From assembly GCA_002952755.1 (NCBI GenBank), contig CP025011.1, positions 1,290,001 through 1,322,000 on the forward strand: 32,000 nt of DNA, written 5' to 3'. Origin of the DNA: Candidatus Saccharimonadota bacterium. Its GTDB lineage: Bacteria; Patescibacteriota; Saccharimonadia; Saccharimonadales; UBA4665. Shown in pieces: positions 20,996 through 28,655 of this stretch (position 1 is the stretch's first letter; each line of letters begins with the position of its first letter). The notes below the pieces were generated by a model. That model did no database searches, was not told the DNA's origin, and was given only the letters and a program-made list of their open reading frames with translations. The translations under genes were made by a program, and so were the position numbers.

Positions 20996-21214
20996 ATAAA
21001 AAGACGCGTTGATCGGATTCAATACTCTCGCATGGTATTTAATCGATTAACGCGTCTCGGGCCCAAACTGTACGTCGCACAATATCGGGTGGTTCCACCG
21101 GACTTTCCTGTTTTATCCAGGACACTTGTGATAGCACGTCTACGCACGTTCTAACTGCCGGCGGAGCTCAGCGACTGGTGAATTTCGCTTCACTGCTCGA
21201 TATGTATTATAACA
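20996..21214 (-). promoter_or_regulatory. Thr-specific T-box leader (promoter, short Stem I with ACC specifier, stem III, T-box sequence, terminator/antiterminator)
   Basis: Details are in the findings. Extended -10 TGtTATAAT (21214-21206). GAGC-AGUGA-AGCGA-[AAUUCACCAG]-UCGCU-GA-GCUC (21198-21164). UCCUG-gauaaaa-CAGGA (21122-21106). AAAGUCCGGUGGAACCACCC (21106-21087). Terminator AGACGCGUU...AACGCGUCU (21057-21002) plus U-run. Confidence 0.7.
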
Positions 21215-21403
21215 CAACAACACATCGACAAAACCTCATCTCGTAAATCTCCAAGTACAAATATAGCAGTATTGGTACCATACGGCTAGTGCTTTTTGTT
21301 GTACTAATGACTGCCTACTTGTGGAAAAACGGACAATCTGATTAAAAACTGATGAAATTTGAAAAAAGGGCTTTTCAAATCGAATTCCGTGTGATATAAA
21401 TAA

Positions 21404-21480
21404 TGTTGGCTGTCTACACCTGTTGTTCATCCGTGGACAATAAGCCAACAAAAGCCTGCCCTAATCGGCAGGCTTTTAAT
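21404..21480 (+). ncRNA. candidate ~75-80-nt sRNA
   Basis: Extended -10 TGaTATAAA (21392-21400). A long imperfect hairpin UGUUGGC...GCCAACA (21404-21450) is followed directly by terminator AAAGCCUGCC-cuaauc-GGCAGGCUUU (21451-21476) plus UUAAUUUUA. Confidence 0.25.
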
Positions 21481-21528
21481 TTTACTCCTATTCCATATAC
21501 GAATTAACTAGTACCCTACGAGACATAT

Positions 21529-21565
21529 ATAATAAAAAGATCTGCGCTAGCAGATCTTTTTATTA
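21529..21565. terminator. perfect 17-bp-arm palindromic terminator abutting the tRNA-Val 3' end
   Basis: ATAATAAAAAGATCTGC-gcta-GCAGATCTTTTTATTAT. A/T runs on both flanks make it bidirectional. Confidence 0.75.
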
Positions 21566-21642
21566 TGGTGGGCTCTAGAGGATTCGAACCTCTCACCTCT
21601 TCCATGTCAAGGAAGCGCTCTAGCCAAATGAGCTAAGAGCCC
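21566..21642 (-). tRNA. tRNA-Val (anticodon GAC), CCA encoded
   Basis: GGGCTCT TA GCTC ATTTGGCTA GAGC G CTTCC TTGACAT GGAAG AGGTG AGAGG TTCGAAT CCTCT AGAGCCC A CCA. Confidence 0.93.
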
Positions 21643-21733
21643 GTATACGCTAAAACTAGACTATAGTCGATTTGGCGCAAATTAGCAACCTAGTCCTGCA
21701 GGCTAAAGCGTAAGCATAACACCTTAGGAACTA

Positions 21734-21762
21734 TTGACTTAAGGACCGTGCTATGTTAGCAT
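21734..21762 (+). promoter_or_regulatory. candidate promoter for the 38-codon ORF
   Basis: TTGACT (21734-21739), 17-nt spacer, TAGCAT (21757-21762). Confidence 0.4.
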
Positions 21763-21784
21763 AACCAAGTTAAGAGGCTTATAC

Positions 21785-21901
21785 GTGAGTGCCAAAAAAA
21801 CGAGCACGCTTGATGACTTCAAGCTGTTTTACGAAGAGTTGTCTTTCTCAGTTGCCAGTAATCGTATTCGACGTTCACGAGTTCTAGTCCAAGCAAAGTA
21901 G
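21785..21901 (+). CDS. candidate small protein (38 aa), not in the ORF track
   Basis: GTG start 7 nt after AAGAGG (21772-21777). Translation (M)SAKKTSTLDDFKLFYEELSFSVASNRIRRSRVLVQAK. Own promoter upstream and own terminator downstream. No family recognised. Confidence 0.35.
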   Translation: MSAKKTSTLDDFKLFYEELSFSVASNRIRRSRVLVQAK

Positions 21902-21916
21902 CATAATTACATCTTT

Positions 21917-21944
21917 TAGAGGCCTCCAGCAGGCCTCTATTTTG
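21917..21944 (+). terminator. rho-independent terminator
   Basis: UAGAGGCCU-ccagc-AGGCCUCUA (21917-21939), followed by UUUUG. Confidence 0.65.
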
Positions 21945-22011
21945 ATATCTTCCACATACCATCGCCTGTTTTCCACTAGCTTTTTCACAAGCGTAATGTC
22001 AATATGTAGTC

Positions 22012-22419
22012 ATGGTATGTCTCTATTGTGGTTCTCCTACGCAAGTTATAAATAGTAGATTACAGAAACAGCACAATCACACCTGGCGACGTCGCAAGTG
22101 CGCTACTTGCAGTAATATTTTTACGACTATTGAACGTGCAGAGCTTGCCAGCAGCATTATGGTGCGGAGCACAGGGCGCAGCCTCAAGGCTTTTAGTCGA
22201 GATCGGCTGCTCCTTGATATACATGCGAGTTGTAACCACCGAGAGACCGCCGTCACAGACGCCCCGGCTCTAGTGGACGACATCATTGCGGCCCTAGTGC
22301 GTACCGACCACAAGGGAGTTCTGGAGCGACAGCAAATAGTGCAGATCGTTCGTCAAGTCTTGGGGCGCTTCGATCAAGTTGCCGCAACCGTATATGATGC
22401 CTATCACCCTGCTGGCTAG
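22012..22419 (+). CDS. nrdR: transcriptional repressor NrdR
   Basis: 135 aa. N-terminal zinc ribbon (CLYCGS ... CATCSNIFTTIER) followed by an ATP-cone-like region. Confidence 0.9.
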   Translation: MVCLYCGSPTQVINSRLQKQHNHTWRRRKCATCSNIFTTIERAELASSIMVRSTGRSLKAFSRDRLLLDIHASCNHRETAVTDAPALVDDIIAALVRTDHKGVLERQQIVQIVRQVLGRFDQVAATVYDAYHPAG

Positions 22420-22461
22420 CGCTTTGAATACGGTCGCCGGCCTAGGCCCCGTCTCTTGCCC

Positions 22462-24051
22462 TTATTTTTTGACCGACTTCTGGGTTACATCGAATTTTGT
22501 AAGATACCAGCCAAACATGAGCCTCGTTTGAGAATTAAGCGCCGCAAAGGAGCCAAATGCAATTGTCGTCAGGGGCAAATAAATCCATTGGAGTAGCATA
22601 AAAAGACTTCTATGCCGCTTATAACGTGTCGGCCGGGGCGGGAGTGTCTTAAGCGCAACAAAAAGAGATGATGAGATACCTAGCAAGCCGAACGTTTGAA
22701 TCCGACTAACGATGAGCGGCAGCACATTAGCGGTATAGCTTTGCGGATTTATAAGTAAGGGTATGAAAGCTGCAAACGCTAACAATAAGGAGCCTGCGGC
22801 CCAGTTGACATGGCCTTCCAAGGTTCGCAGAAACTTAAAAGTCAAGTCAGCCCTGGGTACCTTATTTTTCTTTATGAAGCCCTGGTTAACGATGTAGGCT
22901 ATATCCGATGCTCCATAGGTCCATCGGCGTAATTGCTTGAACTGCGCCTTAATTGTCTTTAAGTAGGTTTCAGCGAGGACCGCATCCTGGTAGATAGGGA
23001 TAGAAAGCGGGTAGACACGATAATCACCATCGTAGCGGAAGTAGCTACGCCAAAAATGGTGGCCATCTTCAACGATCGTTCGTACGCTCCAAAAGTCCAT
23101 GTCGATCAACGCCCGCATGCTTTGGGCGTGCGCCGAAAAATTACGCTCCAAGTGAGGTCGCTGAGTAAGCACTATATAGAAGAAGTTGTTTCCAGTAGCA
23201 ATGACCCGCATTGGCGCAGGTGCATCCCAAATGTTGTTGGTGAACATAGGAAGCGGCTGGTAGGACGCACGTACTGGGTCAGGCGCAACAGTATACAAAT
23301 AGCTCAAGGCCGAAAAATATTTTTTGTCTGGACGATTATCCGAATCAAGCGTGGTTACTACAACATTCAGAGGATCGATCCCCTGCTTCTCAAGGTAAGT
23401 TTGCAGCTGCCGCCCAGCGTATGTTACGTTACCTCCCTTACCAATAACCTCACCTGGCATTCCAGAAGGATGCATTATGGCTTCAGCATGATAAAAATAG
23501 CGCTTATACTCTTTTACGAGCTGCTTTGCCTGCAAGGCAACCCTCTCCCCACCACGCTCTTCATATGCCAAGATAAAAATCACCTTTTTTGTGTCATACT
23601 GGGAATTAACGACTGACTGAATAGTAGGCTCAAGCACATCGCGACTCTCGTTGGCGGTTGCGATAATAACCGCATGATAGAGCTGAGTGGGCTTTACGAT
23701 GGACGGCTGCACGCTTAAGCGTAATAGGTTATCGTAATGCCATTGCGGTCTTTTTGCCTGCGCATCGCTCACCTCGCCAACTTCAACCTCATAGAGCAAC
23801 TCATTCCAGTCTATCTTTGCGTGCTCGCGCATCGTCTTGTACCCGGAGAGAGCTCTAATATCTACGGCGATCGAGCGAATAAAATATATAAGAATGTAAG
23901 CCAATATGAAAAAAGCAGCAGCCGTAACATTCACCAGACTCAACAAAAAAGGCAAAGATAGCAAAAGCCAAGACAAAGCCCCAGGTAAAATTTCAAAAAA
24001 ACGATACGACCTCGTACGATCTTCTTCGTAAGGTATTTCCAAACTCTTCAT
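22462..24051 (-). CDS. membrane-embedded processive family-2 glycosyltransferase (cellulose/chitin-synthase-like)
   Basis: 529 aa. N- and C-terminal TM bundles. Catalytic signature in order: AVIIATANESRD..., TLDSDN (DxD), VEDGHH (TED-like), QLRRWTYG (QxxRW). Confidence 0.85.
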   Translation of the reverse strand: MKSLEIPYEEDRTRSYRFFEILPGALSWLLLSLPFLLSLVNVTAAAFFILAYILIYFIRSIAVDIRALSGYKTMREHAKIDWNELLYEVEVGEVSDAQAKRPQWHYDNLLRLSVQPSIVKPTQLYHAVIIATANESRDVLEPTIQSVVNSQYDTKKVIFILAYEERGGERVALQAKQLVKEYKRYFYHAEAIMHPSGMPGEVIGKGGNVTYAGRQLQTYLEKQGIDPLNVVVTTLDSDNRPDKKYFSALSYLYTVAPDPVRASYQPLPMFTNNIWDAPAPMRVIATGNNFFYIVLTQRPHLERNFSAHAQSMRALIDMDFWSVRTIVEDGHHFWRSYFRYDGDYRVYPLSIPIYQDAVLAETYLKTIKAQFKQLRRWTYGASDIAYIVNQGFIKKNKVPRADLTFKFLRTLEGHVNWAAGSLLLAFAAFIPLLINPQSYTANVLPLIVSRIQTFGLLGISSSLFVALKTLPPRPTRYKRHRSLFMLLQWIYLPLTTIAFGSFAALNSQTRLMFGWYLTKFDVTQKSVKK

Positions 24052-24052
24052 G

Positions 24053-24415
24053 CTAGTGCAAGACCATCAACGCATTACTGGTGATGATCGCCGTTAGAAG
24101 CAACACTACTCCGGATATCAGAATGGCTAAAGATAATTCTTTGCGAATAGTATACGTGCGAATGCTTAGCACAAATCCTATGGTCACAACGAGCAAAGCA
24201 AAACCAACGTAGCTAAGCAGCCCGGTGACGCTACCTGTTTTAAATGCACTAATACCTAAGTTGGACCGGTACTGGACAATATACCCACCACTACCTTCAC
24301 CAATATTAAGTCGCAGAAAGATCAGGACAATGCCAAGAAAAGCCAAAAAAACGTTTGCGCTTATTAAGAGCAGAATTAATTTATCGTGCAGATACTTTTT
24401 GGGTATTGGTGACAT
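24053..24415 (-). CDS. small membrane protein (3 TM), co-transcribed with the GT2 synthase
   Basis: 120 aa, hydrophobic segments. Its stop is 1 nt from the GT2 ATG. Confidence 0.6.
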   Translation of the reverse strand: MSPIPKKYLHDKLILLLISANVFLAFLGIVLIFLRLNIGEGSGGYIVQYRSNLGISAFKTGSVTGLLSYVGFALLVVTIGFVLSIRTYTIRKELSLAILISGVVLLLTAIITSNALMVLH

Positions 24416-24526
24416 CTTGTATATTGTAAGTCGTTGGCGACATTTCGTAAATCAAAGTGCAATATCATCTTAAAGAACAATACCGCTATTTAATCTTAGT
24501 CCAGCATCTCTGTAATTATCAAGCTG

Positions 24527-25156
24527 TTAGCGATCTGGTATTAGAAATTCCTCCCAAGAACGCATCTTTTGCCTCCTACTGCCTTTTGGCTTAAAACGGG
24601 CTTTGTGATGGTCGTAGATGAATTGCAATCGTTGATAACCGATGTAGCTTAGAATAATACCCGTACTCGTGCCGAGATTTAGGCTCTCGACGATACCACC
24701 CATGGGAATTTTGATACACATATCAGCGGCTGTAGCCGCCTCGTCTGAAATGCCTTTAGCCTCATTACCAAACCAAACAGCCAATCGTTTTTGGGTAAAT
24801 GTTTCCTCGTAAAGATTCACATTTTCCTTACCCTTTACATGAGAGGAAGTGACGGCAATAGTGTAGCGGTCTTTTCTAAGGTGAGCTACACATTCGGCAG
24901 TGGTATCAAATTGTTTCACAAAAACCCACTTATTTGCGCCTACACTGATATTTTTTAAATGTTTGTTGCTTCGTGAAGCCTCGAAATCTTTAACGATTTT
25001 ACTGTCGCCAATAACGTACATCTTTTCTACACCAAATGCAGAAATGTTTCTCATTGCCGAGGCGATGTTGACAACATCAGTAGGATTCTCAAGTACACAA
25101 ATGTAGTACTTATTCTGCAGATGCTTTACTTGTCGGATTCTATCTCTCACAGGCAT
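24527..25156 (-). CDS. SpoU/TrmH-family RNA 2'-O-methyltransferase
   Basis: 209 aa. SPOUT motifs (NIASAMRNISAFGVEKMYVIG, LAVWFGNEAKGIS, IKIPMGGIVESLNLGTSTGIIL). Basic C-terminal tail. Confidence 0.82.
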   Translation of the reverse strand: MPVRDRIRQVKHLQNKYYICVLENPTDVVNIASAMRNISAFGVEKMYVIGDSKIVKDFEASRSNKHLKNISVGANKWVFVKQFDTTAECVAHLRKDRYTIAVTSSHVKGKENVNLYEETFTQKRLAVWFGNEAKGISDEAATAADMCIKIPMGGIVESLNLGTSTGIILSYIGYQRLQFIYDHHKARFKPKGSRRQKMRSWEEFLIPDR

Positions 25157-25223
25157 AGTAGCTGCAGTATAGCAAAAGACCTAGGCCTTAGGAGATCACT
25201 GATATTAAATGAAATACTACAAG

Positions 25224-25298
25224 TGGTGCGGGTACCGGGAATCGAACCCGGCGCTCAGCCTTGGGAAGGCTGCATATTAGCCACTATACGATACCCGC
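25224..25298 (-). tRNA. tRNA-Gly (anticodon CCC), CCA encoded
   Basis: GCGGGTA TC GTAT AGTGGCTA ATAT G CAGCC TTCCCAA GGCTG AGCG CCGGG TTCGATT CCCGG TACCCGC A CCA. Confidence 0.93.
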
Positions 25299-25367
25299 AT
25301 TGTTATATGCATCTAGCCTCCGAGAAGTGAATTGCCTATAGCAAGGCTATATGGATTCTCGTGGTAC

Positions 25368-25444
25368 TGGAGCCACCTCGGGGATTCGAACCCCGGACCC
25401 CCGCTTTACGAAAGCGATGCTCTAGCCAACTGAGCTAAGGTGGC
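25368..25444 (-). tRNA. tRNA-Thr (anticodon CGU), discriminator U, CCA encoded
   Basis: GCCACCT TA GCTC AGTTGGCTA GAGC A TCGCT TTCGTAA AGCGG GGGTC CGGGG TTCGAAT CCCCG AGGTGGC T CCA. Confidence 0.93.
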
Positions 25445-25638
25445 AAAGGCTGTGCATTATTATAACATGGTCGTCAGCTGAAAATGGCAAATAAAAAGTG
25501 GTCTGTTCTCGTATCGAACAATATAGTTGTTCATGTAACTGTACCGTAGGCCTTAGTAGTAGTCCCTCTTGTCGGGCATTACCGGATCAAAGTCGGCTAT
25601 TTTTTGCGGCAACAGCAGATAACCTTAGGCCTCTTATA

Positions 25639-27366
25639 CTAGCGTACATCAAGAGTGAATACTTCATAATGATCATCCTGAGCGAGTAACGTAGCGTCGG
25701 CGAAGGAATGAATACATTTTAGGAAGCGGAAGTTCTCATCGCGATTGGCTATTATGTAACGTACCTTTTGTTTACCGAGCAGCGTTATCTGCTGGCAGCT
25801 AGTCAGCTCATCAATAGCGGCCAGATTTGCAGGAGGCACGTAAGGGTTTTCGTCTGGCCGGCCCAGCGTGCAATCATTTACAAGTGGCATAGCGTACTGG
25901 TCTTGGAGAATGCATGGCACTTGTTCAATACGACCAAGCATAGAGCCTAGCTGATATTGTGCGACAGGCGCTTTTGGTTGACGGCTAAGGACGGTAAGTG
26001 CAGCTGACCGCGGTATGTATGTCGCGGATTGACTGGGCAGTCCCCATAAGTCGAGACTAATAACTGCCAATAGACCGATAAAAATAAGAGGGCGCAACGG
26101 ACGACTGAATTGCTTGAGTATATAATATACGCCGATCCCGGCGAGTACAGAAAGGGCGCCCATCATTGGCATGACCAAACGCTGACCGGCCCGGAGAGAT
26201 GGCACCACATGAACTACCGCGTCATTAGGCGTAGGGATACTAAAACCTAGCAAATGTATGCGGGGCGCAAGTGAAAACATCAAGCATACAAGGACAACAC
26301 TGGTAGCTAAGACCGTTGCGATATACACTGCATCTTGCTTCTGCCCTTGCTTCCTTTGGCGCCAAGAAAATAGCACCCCTACCAGAGCAACTATGAGCGT
26401 ACTAAGACCGACATACAAATTGATGAGATAAGTCTGTGGTATTCGGGCCGATATCCAAGTATGAATTCCTCGCCCCCAAACAGAAAAATAGCCGGGCAGC
26501 AGATACATAGCCGGTACGGCCGCTTGATCGTAGGCATCCTTAAGTGTCCGTGGCGGCGCATGACTCGCTGGGCTATGCGTGCCAATAAACCAGTACAATA
26601 CTGAGGTTAGAACCCACATCCCGCCTACAATACACAAAGTAGTCAGCAATTGCCTGAGATGATAGCGTCGTCGCCACAGTAACAGCGTAATCGCTAAGCA
26701 CGTACCACCCACTAACAGCACGTGGTACATATAGTAGGGAGTCCAAAACATCGCAGGCAATATGGACCATGCTGCGAATAAAACTCGCCGGATATTCGAC
26801 GGCCCTTCAATGCAAAGTGACCAAAATGCCCATACAGGTAATATAAGCAGCCACATGTGCGTATAGGTTGGCTCGGCGCGGGCTAGCGAGTACATATGGG
26901 GCGAGAAGGCAAAAATAAATCCGGCCACCATGCCGGCCGCAGCAGATTTAGTAATACGGCGAACGAATAAGAAGGCGATAAATGCGGTTAGTATATAGCC
27001 AAACACTGACTCAAGAGAATGGGCGGCGATAGGGCCAACAACCAAAGAAGCCAACCACAGATAGAGTACAGACAGAAAAGAAACGCGGTCGACACCAACA
27101 TTGGTGTCAATGCCGTCCGGATAATGAACGTAGTTGAGATGCGTTGCCGTAAAAGGGTTAGCATGCTCATGCACAAGCACCTCGTATTTTGCGATACTAC
27201 CAGCTACATCTCCGTCGAGAGGTGCAATGAGGGTTCTGGTGGGGTGTAGGATGAATGGAAATGTAACCGCAATGGTAAATAACACATAAAATGCTAATAC
27301 TGGCGTCCATATGGGCACCCGGCCAAAATACTTTCGCCAATATTCCCCTATTCCCCCGCTCGGCAT
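25639..27366 (-). CDS. large polytopic membrane protein, possibly a GT-C-type (ArnT/YfhO-like) glycosyltransferase
   Basis: 575 aa with more than 10 hydrophobic segments followed by a soluble C-terminal ~120 aa. The functional guess rests on architecture only. Confidence 0.6.
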   Translation of the reverse strand: MPSGGIGEYWRKYFGRVPIWTPVLAFYVLFTIAVTFPFILHPTRTLIAPLDGDVAGSIAKYEVLVHEHANPFTATHLNYVHYPDGIDTNVGVDRVSFLSVLYLWLASLVVGPIAAHSLESVFGYILTAFIAFLFVRRITKSAAAGMVAGFIFAFSPHMYSLARAEPTYTHMWLLILPVWAFWSLCIEGPSNIRRVLFAAWSILPAMFWTPYYMYHVLLVGGTCLAITLLLWRRRYHLRQLLTTLCIVGGMWVLTSVLYWFIGTHSPASHAPPRTLKDAYDQAAVPAMYLLPGYFSVWGRGIHTWISARIPQTYLINLYVGLSTLIVALVGVLFSWRQRKQGQKQDAVYIATVLATSVVLVCLMFSLAPRIHLLGFSIPTPNDAVVHVVPSLRAGQRLVMPMMGALSVLAGIGVYYILKQFSRPLRPLIFIGLLAVISLDLWGLPSQSATYIPRSAALTVLSRQPKAPVAQYQLGSMLGRIEQVPCILQDQYAMPLVNDCTLGRPDENPYVPPANLAAIDELTSCQQITLLGKQKVRYIIANRDENFRFLKCIHSFADATLLAQDDHYEVFTLDVR

Positions 27367-27491
27367 TACTTGTAATTATACGATACGCTATGTTACGCGG
27401 CTAGAAATATCGTAATAATAGCAGAAAACCTGCACAACTTGTTCTCGATATAGATATCTGGCAGTCATGTAGTTGATGATTTAAAACTTCT

Positions 27492-27995
27492 TTATAAATT
27501 CAACACATACTGGAGTTGTGATCTCTGCTCAATAGTTCTTCGTACCCCGCTTAAAATGAACCCCTTACGCCCATATAGGGCCCGAGCTCGATCGTTATCT
27601 ATTTCATCAGTCCAGAGCGTTAGTAAACCTCTGCGAGTAGCACGCGCATGATCTGCCGTTAGGTCAATTAGGTTACTGGCTATACCCCTACCCCAATAGT
27701 CAGGGTCTACCATCAAAAACGACAGATGCTGTGTATCAGTATAGGCATGGGGGTCGCCAGTTTCTATGAGAGGATGGCTCAACGCAAAACCAATTATTCT
27801 TTCACCATACGCAGCGGCATAGGTCCGGGCTGCAATTCTTTTCATCCGGGTATCCACATCTTCTAAAGCCTGGCCACTCGCGACCTCGGGAACTGGTTCG
27901 CCAGCACGTGGTGCATTAGCTCTCTCCATTGTCAAGGCCAGCGCGGCAGCTTCGGAGAAGGCTGCTTGTCTATATTGGATTGCTTCGATGCTCAT
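27492..27995 (-). CDS. GNAT-family N-acetyltransferase
   Basis: Acetyl-CoA motif FLMVDPDYWGRGIASNLI and ...ARALYGRKGFILSG. The track start (TTG 28106) adds 37 Cys/Arg-rich residues. ATG 27995 (MSIEAIQ..., 168 aa) is preferred. Confidence 0.78.
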   Translation of the reverse strand: MSIEAIQYRQAAFSEAAALALTMERANAPRAGEPVPEVASGQALEDVDTRMKRIAARTYAAAYGERIIGFALSHPLIETGDPHAYTDTQHLSFLMVDPDYWGRGIASNLIDLTADHARATRRGLLTLWTDEIDNDRARALYGRKGFILSGVRRTIEQRSQLQYVLNL

Positions 27996-28162
27996 AAACA
28001 CAAGTCCTATGGGATTACCACAGTGTGGCGCCCTATTACATTGAAAGCACGGAACTATTTTACCATTAGCCCTCTGCCTACGTAGGCGCGATAAAATCAG
28101 GGTCAAAACCGAATCTAAACTACCGAAATCTGCTCAGGTAAGGATAGGTGGACGGGAAGATC

Positions 28163-28426
28163 TTAACCCTCAAAGGTGGGGAAACTGCCGTGTTCTTCAT
28201 AGTACTCAAAAAATAATTGAGCTAGGCGTTGGCTAAAAGGATACCGTCCTTCGTCAGGCTGAGAAACTATTCCTTCTTGATTCTTTAGGACTAAGGTTTG
28301 GGGTGCGCCAAAATCTGCTTCAGTAGTATGGGTGCCATCTGAAAACTCTACTTTCGTAAGCTTGCCTAGAGCGTCCTGATAAATTTCTGTCTTGAGAGGT
28401 AAGATTAGGCCACCGCGCTTTTCCAT
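28163..28426 (-). CDS. hypothetical protein (87 aa)
   Basis: ORF with a promoter-like TATTAT directly upstream. No recognisable motif. Confidence 0.5.
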   Translation of the reverse strand: MEKRGGLILPLKTEIYQDALGKLTKVEFSDGTHTTEADFGAPQTLVLKNQEGIVSQPDEGRYPFSQRLAQLFFEYYEEHGSFPTFEG

Positions 28427-28530
28427 GACTATATAATACAGTTAAAAATATATATGCAAACTATTGGGTAGAGGAAGAAATCGCTGTATGGAATCTTGAA
28501 CATACATTTCTTAGCGGACGCATACTAACT

Positions 28531-28642
28531 GGCTCGAGGTGATCCCTCCCCTAACACTCCTGGCGACAAAACCTTCTGCTATTCCTCGGTGCTGGTTTTT
28601 GCTCGCTAGAAGCTGACTGCCAAAGTGCCCTCACCTCAAGCC
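28531..28642 (-). other. structured noncoding element closed by a 12-bp helix
   Basis: Minus strand GGCUUGAGGUGA (28642-28631) pairs with UCACCUCGAGCC (28542-28531). One position is a G-U wobble on the minus strand but a C-A mismatch on the plus strand. An inner AAAACC/GGUUUU hairpin is present. Confidence 0.35.
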
Positions 28643-28655
28643 TGAAACTATTTAC

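Noticed and set aside
20747-21154. 135-aa plus-strand ORF
   Set aside because: It is antisense to the thrS 5' end and the T-box leader. The leader structure explains the sequence.
21236-21451. 71-aa minus-strand ORF
   Set aside because: It has a TTG start with no SD, a Cys/Trp/Arg/Phe-rich product, and begins inside a terminator hairpin. It is more likely noncoding.
22439-22448. Perfect 10-nt palindrome GGCCTAGGCC between convergent nrdR and the GT2 gene as a terminator; related CCTAGGCCTTAGG and TAGGCCTTAG strings occur near 25183-25195, ~25550 and ~25621
   Set aside because: It has no loop and no adjacent U-tract. The recurring strings are short (8-10 nt) and could be chance or a restriction-type site. 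They are not enough to call a repeat family.
23056-23616. 186-aa plus-strand ORF
   Set aside because: It is antisense within the well-supported GT2 synthase CDS.
25121-25330. 69-aa plus-strand ORF, and likewise 31683..31940
   Set aside because: Each reads across a tRNA gene (Gly and Asp respectively).
27996-28106. N-terminal 37-codon extension of the GNAT ORF (TTG start), and the 10142..10219 extension of the membrane protein
   Set aside because: Both extensions have improbable composition, cross hairpin or promoter-like sequence, and are not needed for the conserved domain. Internal ATGs are preferred, though the starts remain uncertain.
27492-28426. GNAT plus the upstream 87-aa ORF as a GNAT/antitoxin (TacT/AtaT-like) toxin-antitoxin pair
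   Set aside because: The genes are separated by ~167 nt instead of being overlapped or abutted. The small protein shows no RHH or DUF1778-like features, and each gene seems to have its own promoter. The evidence is insufficient.
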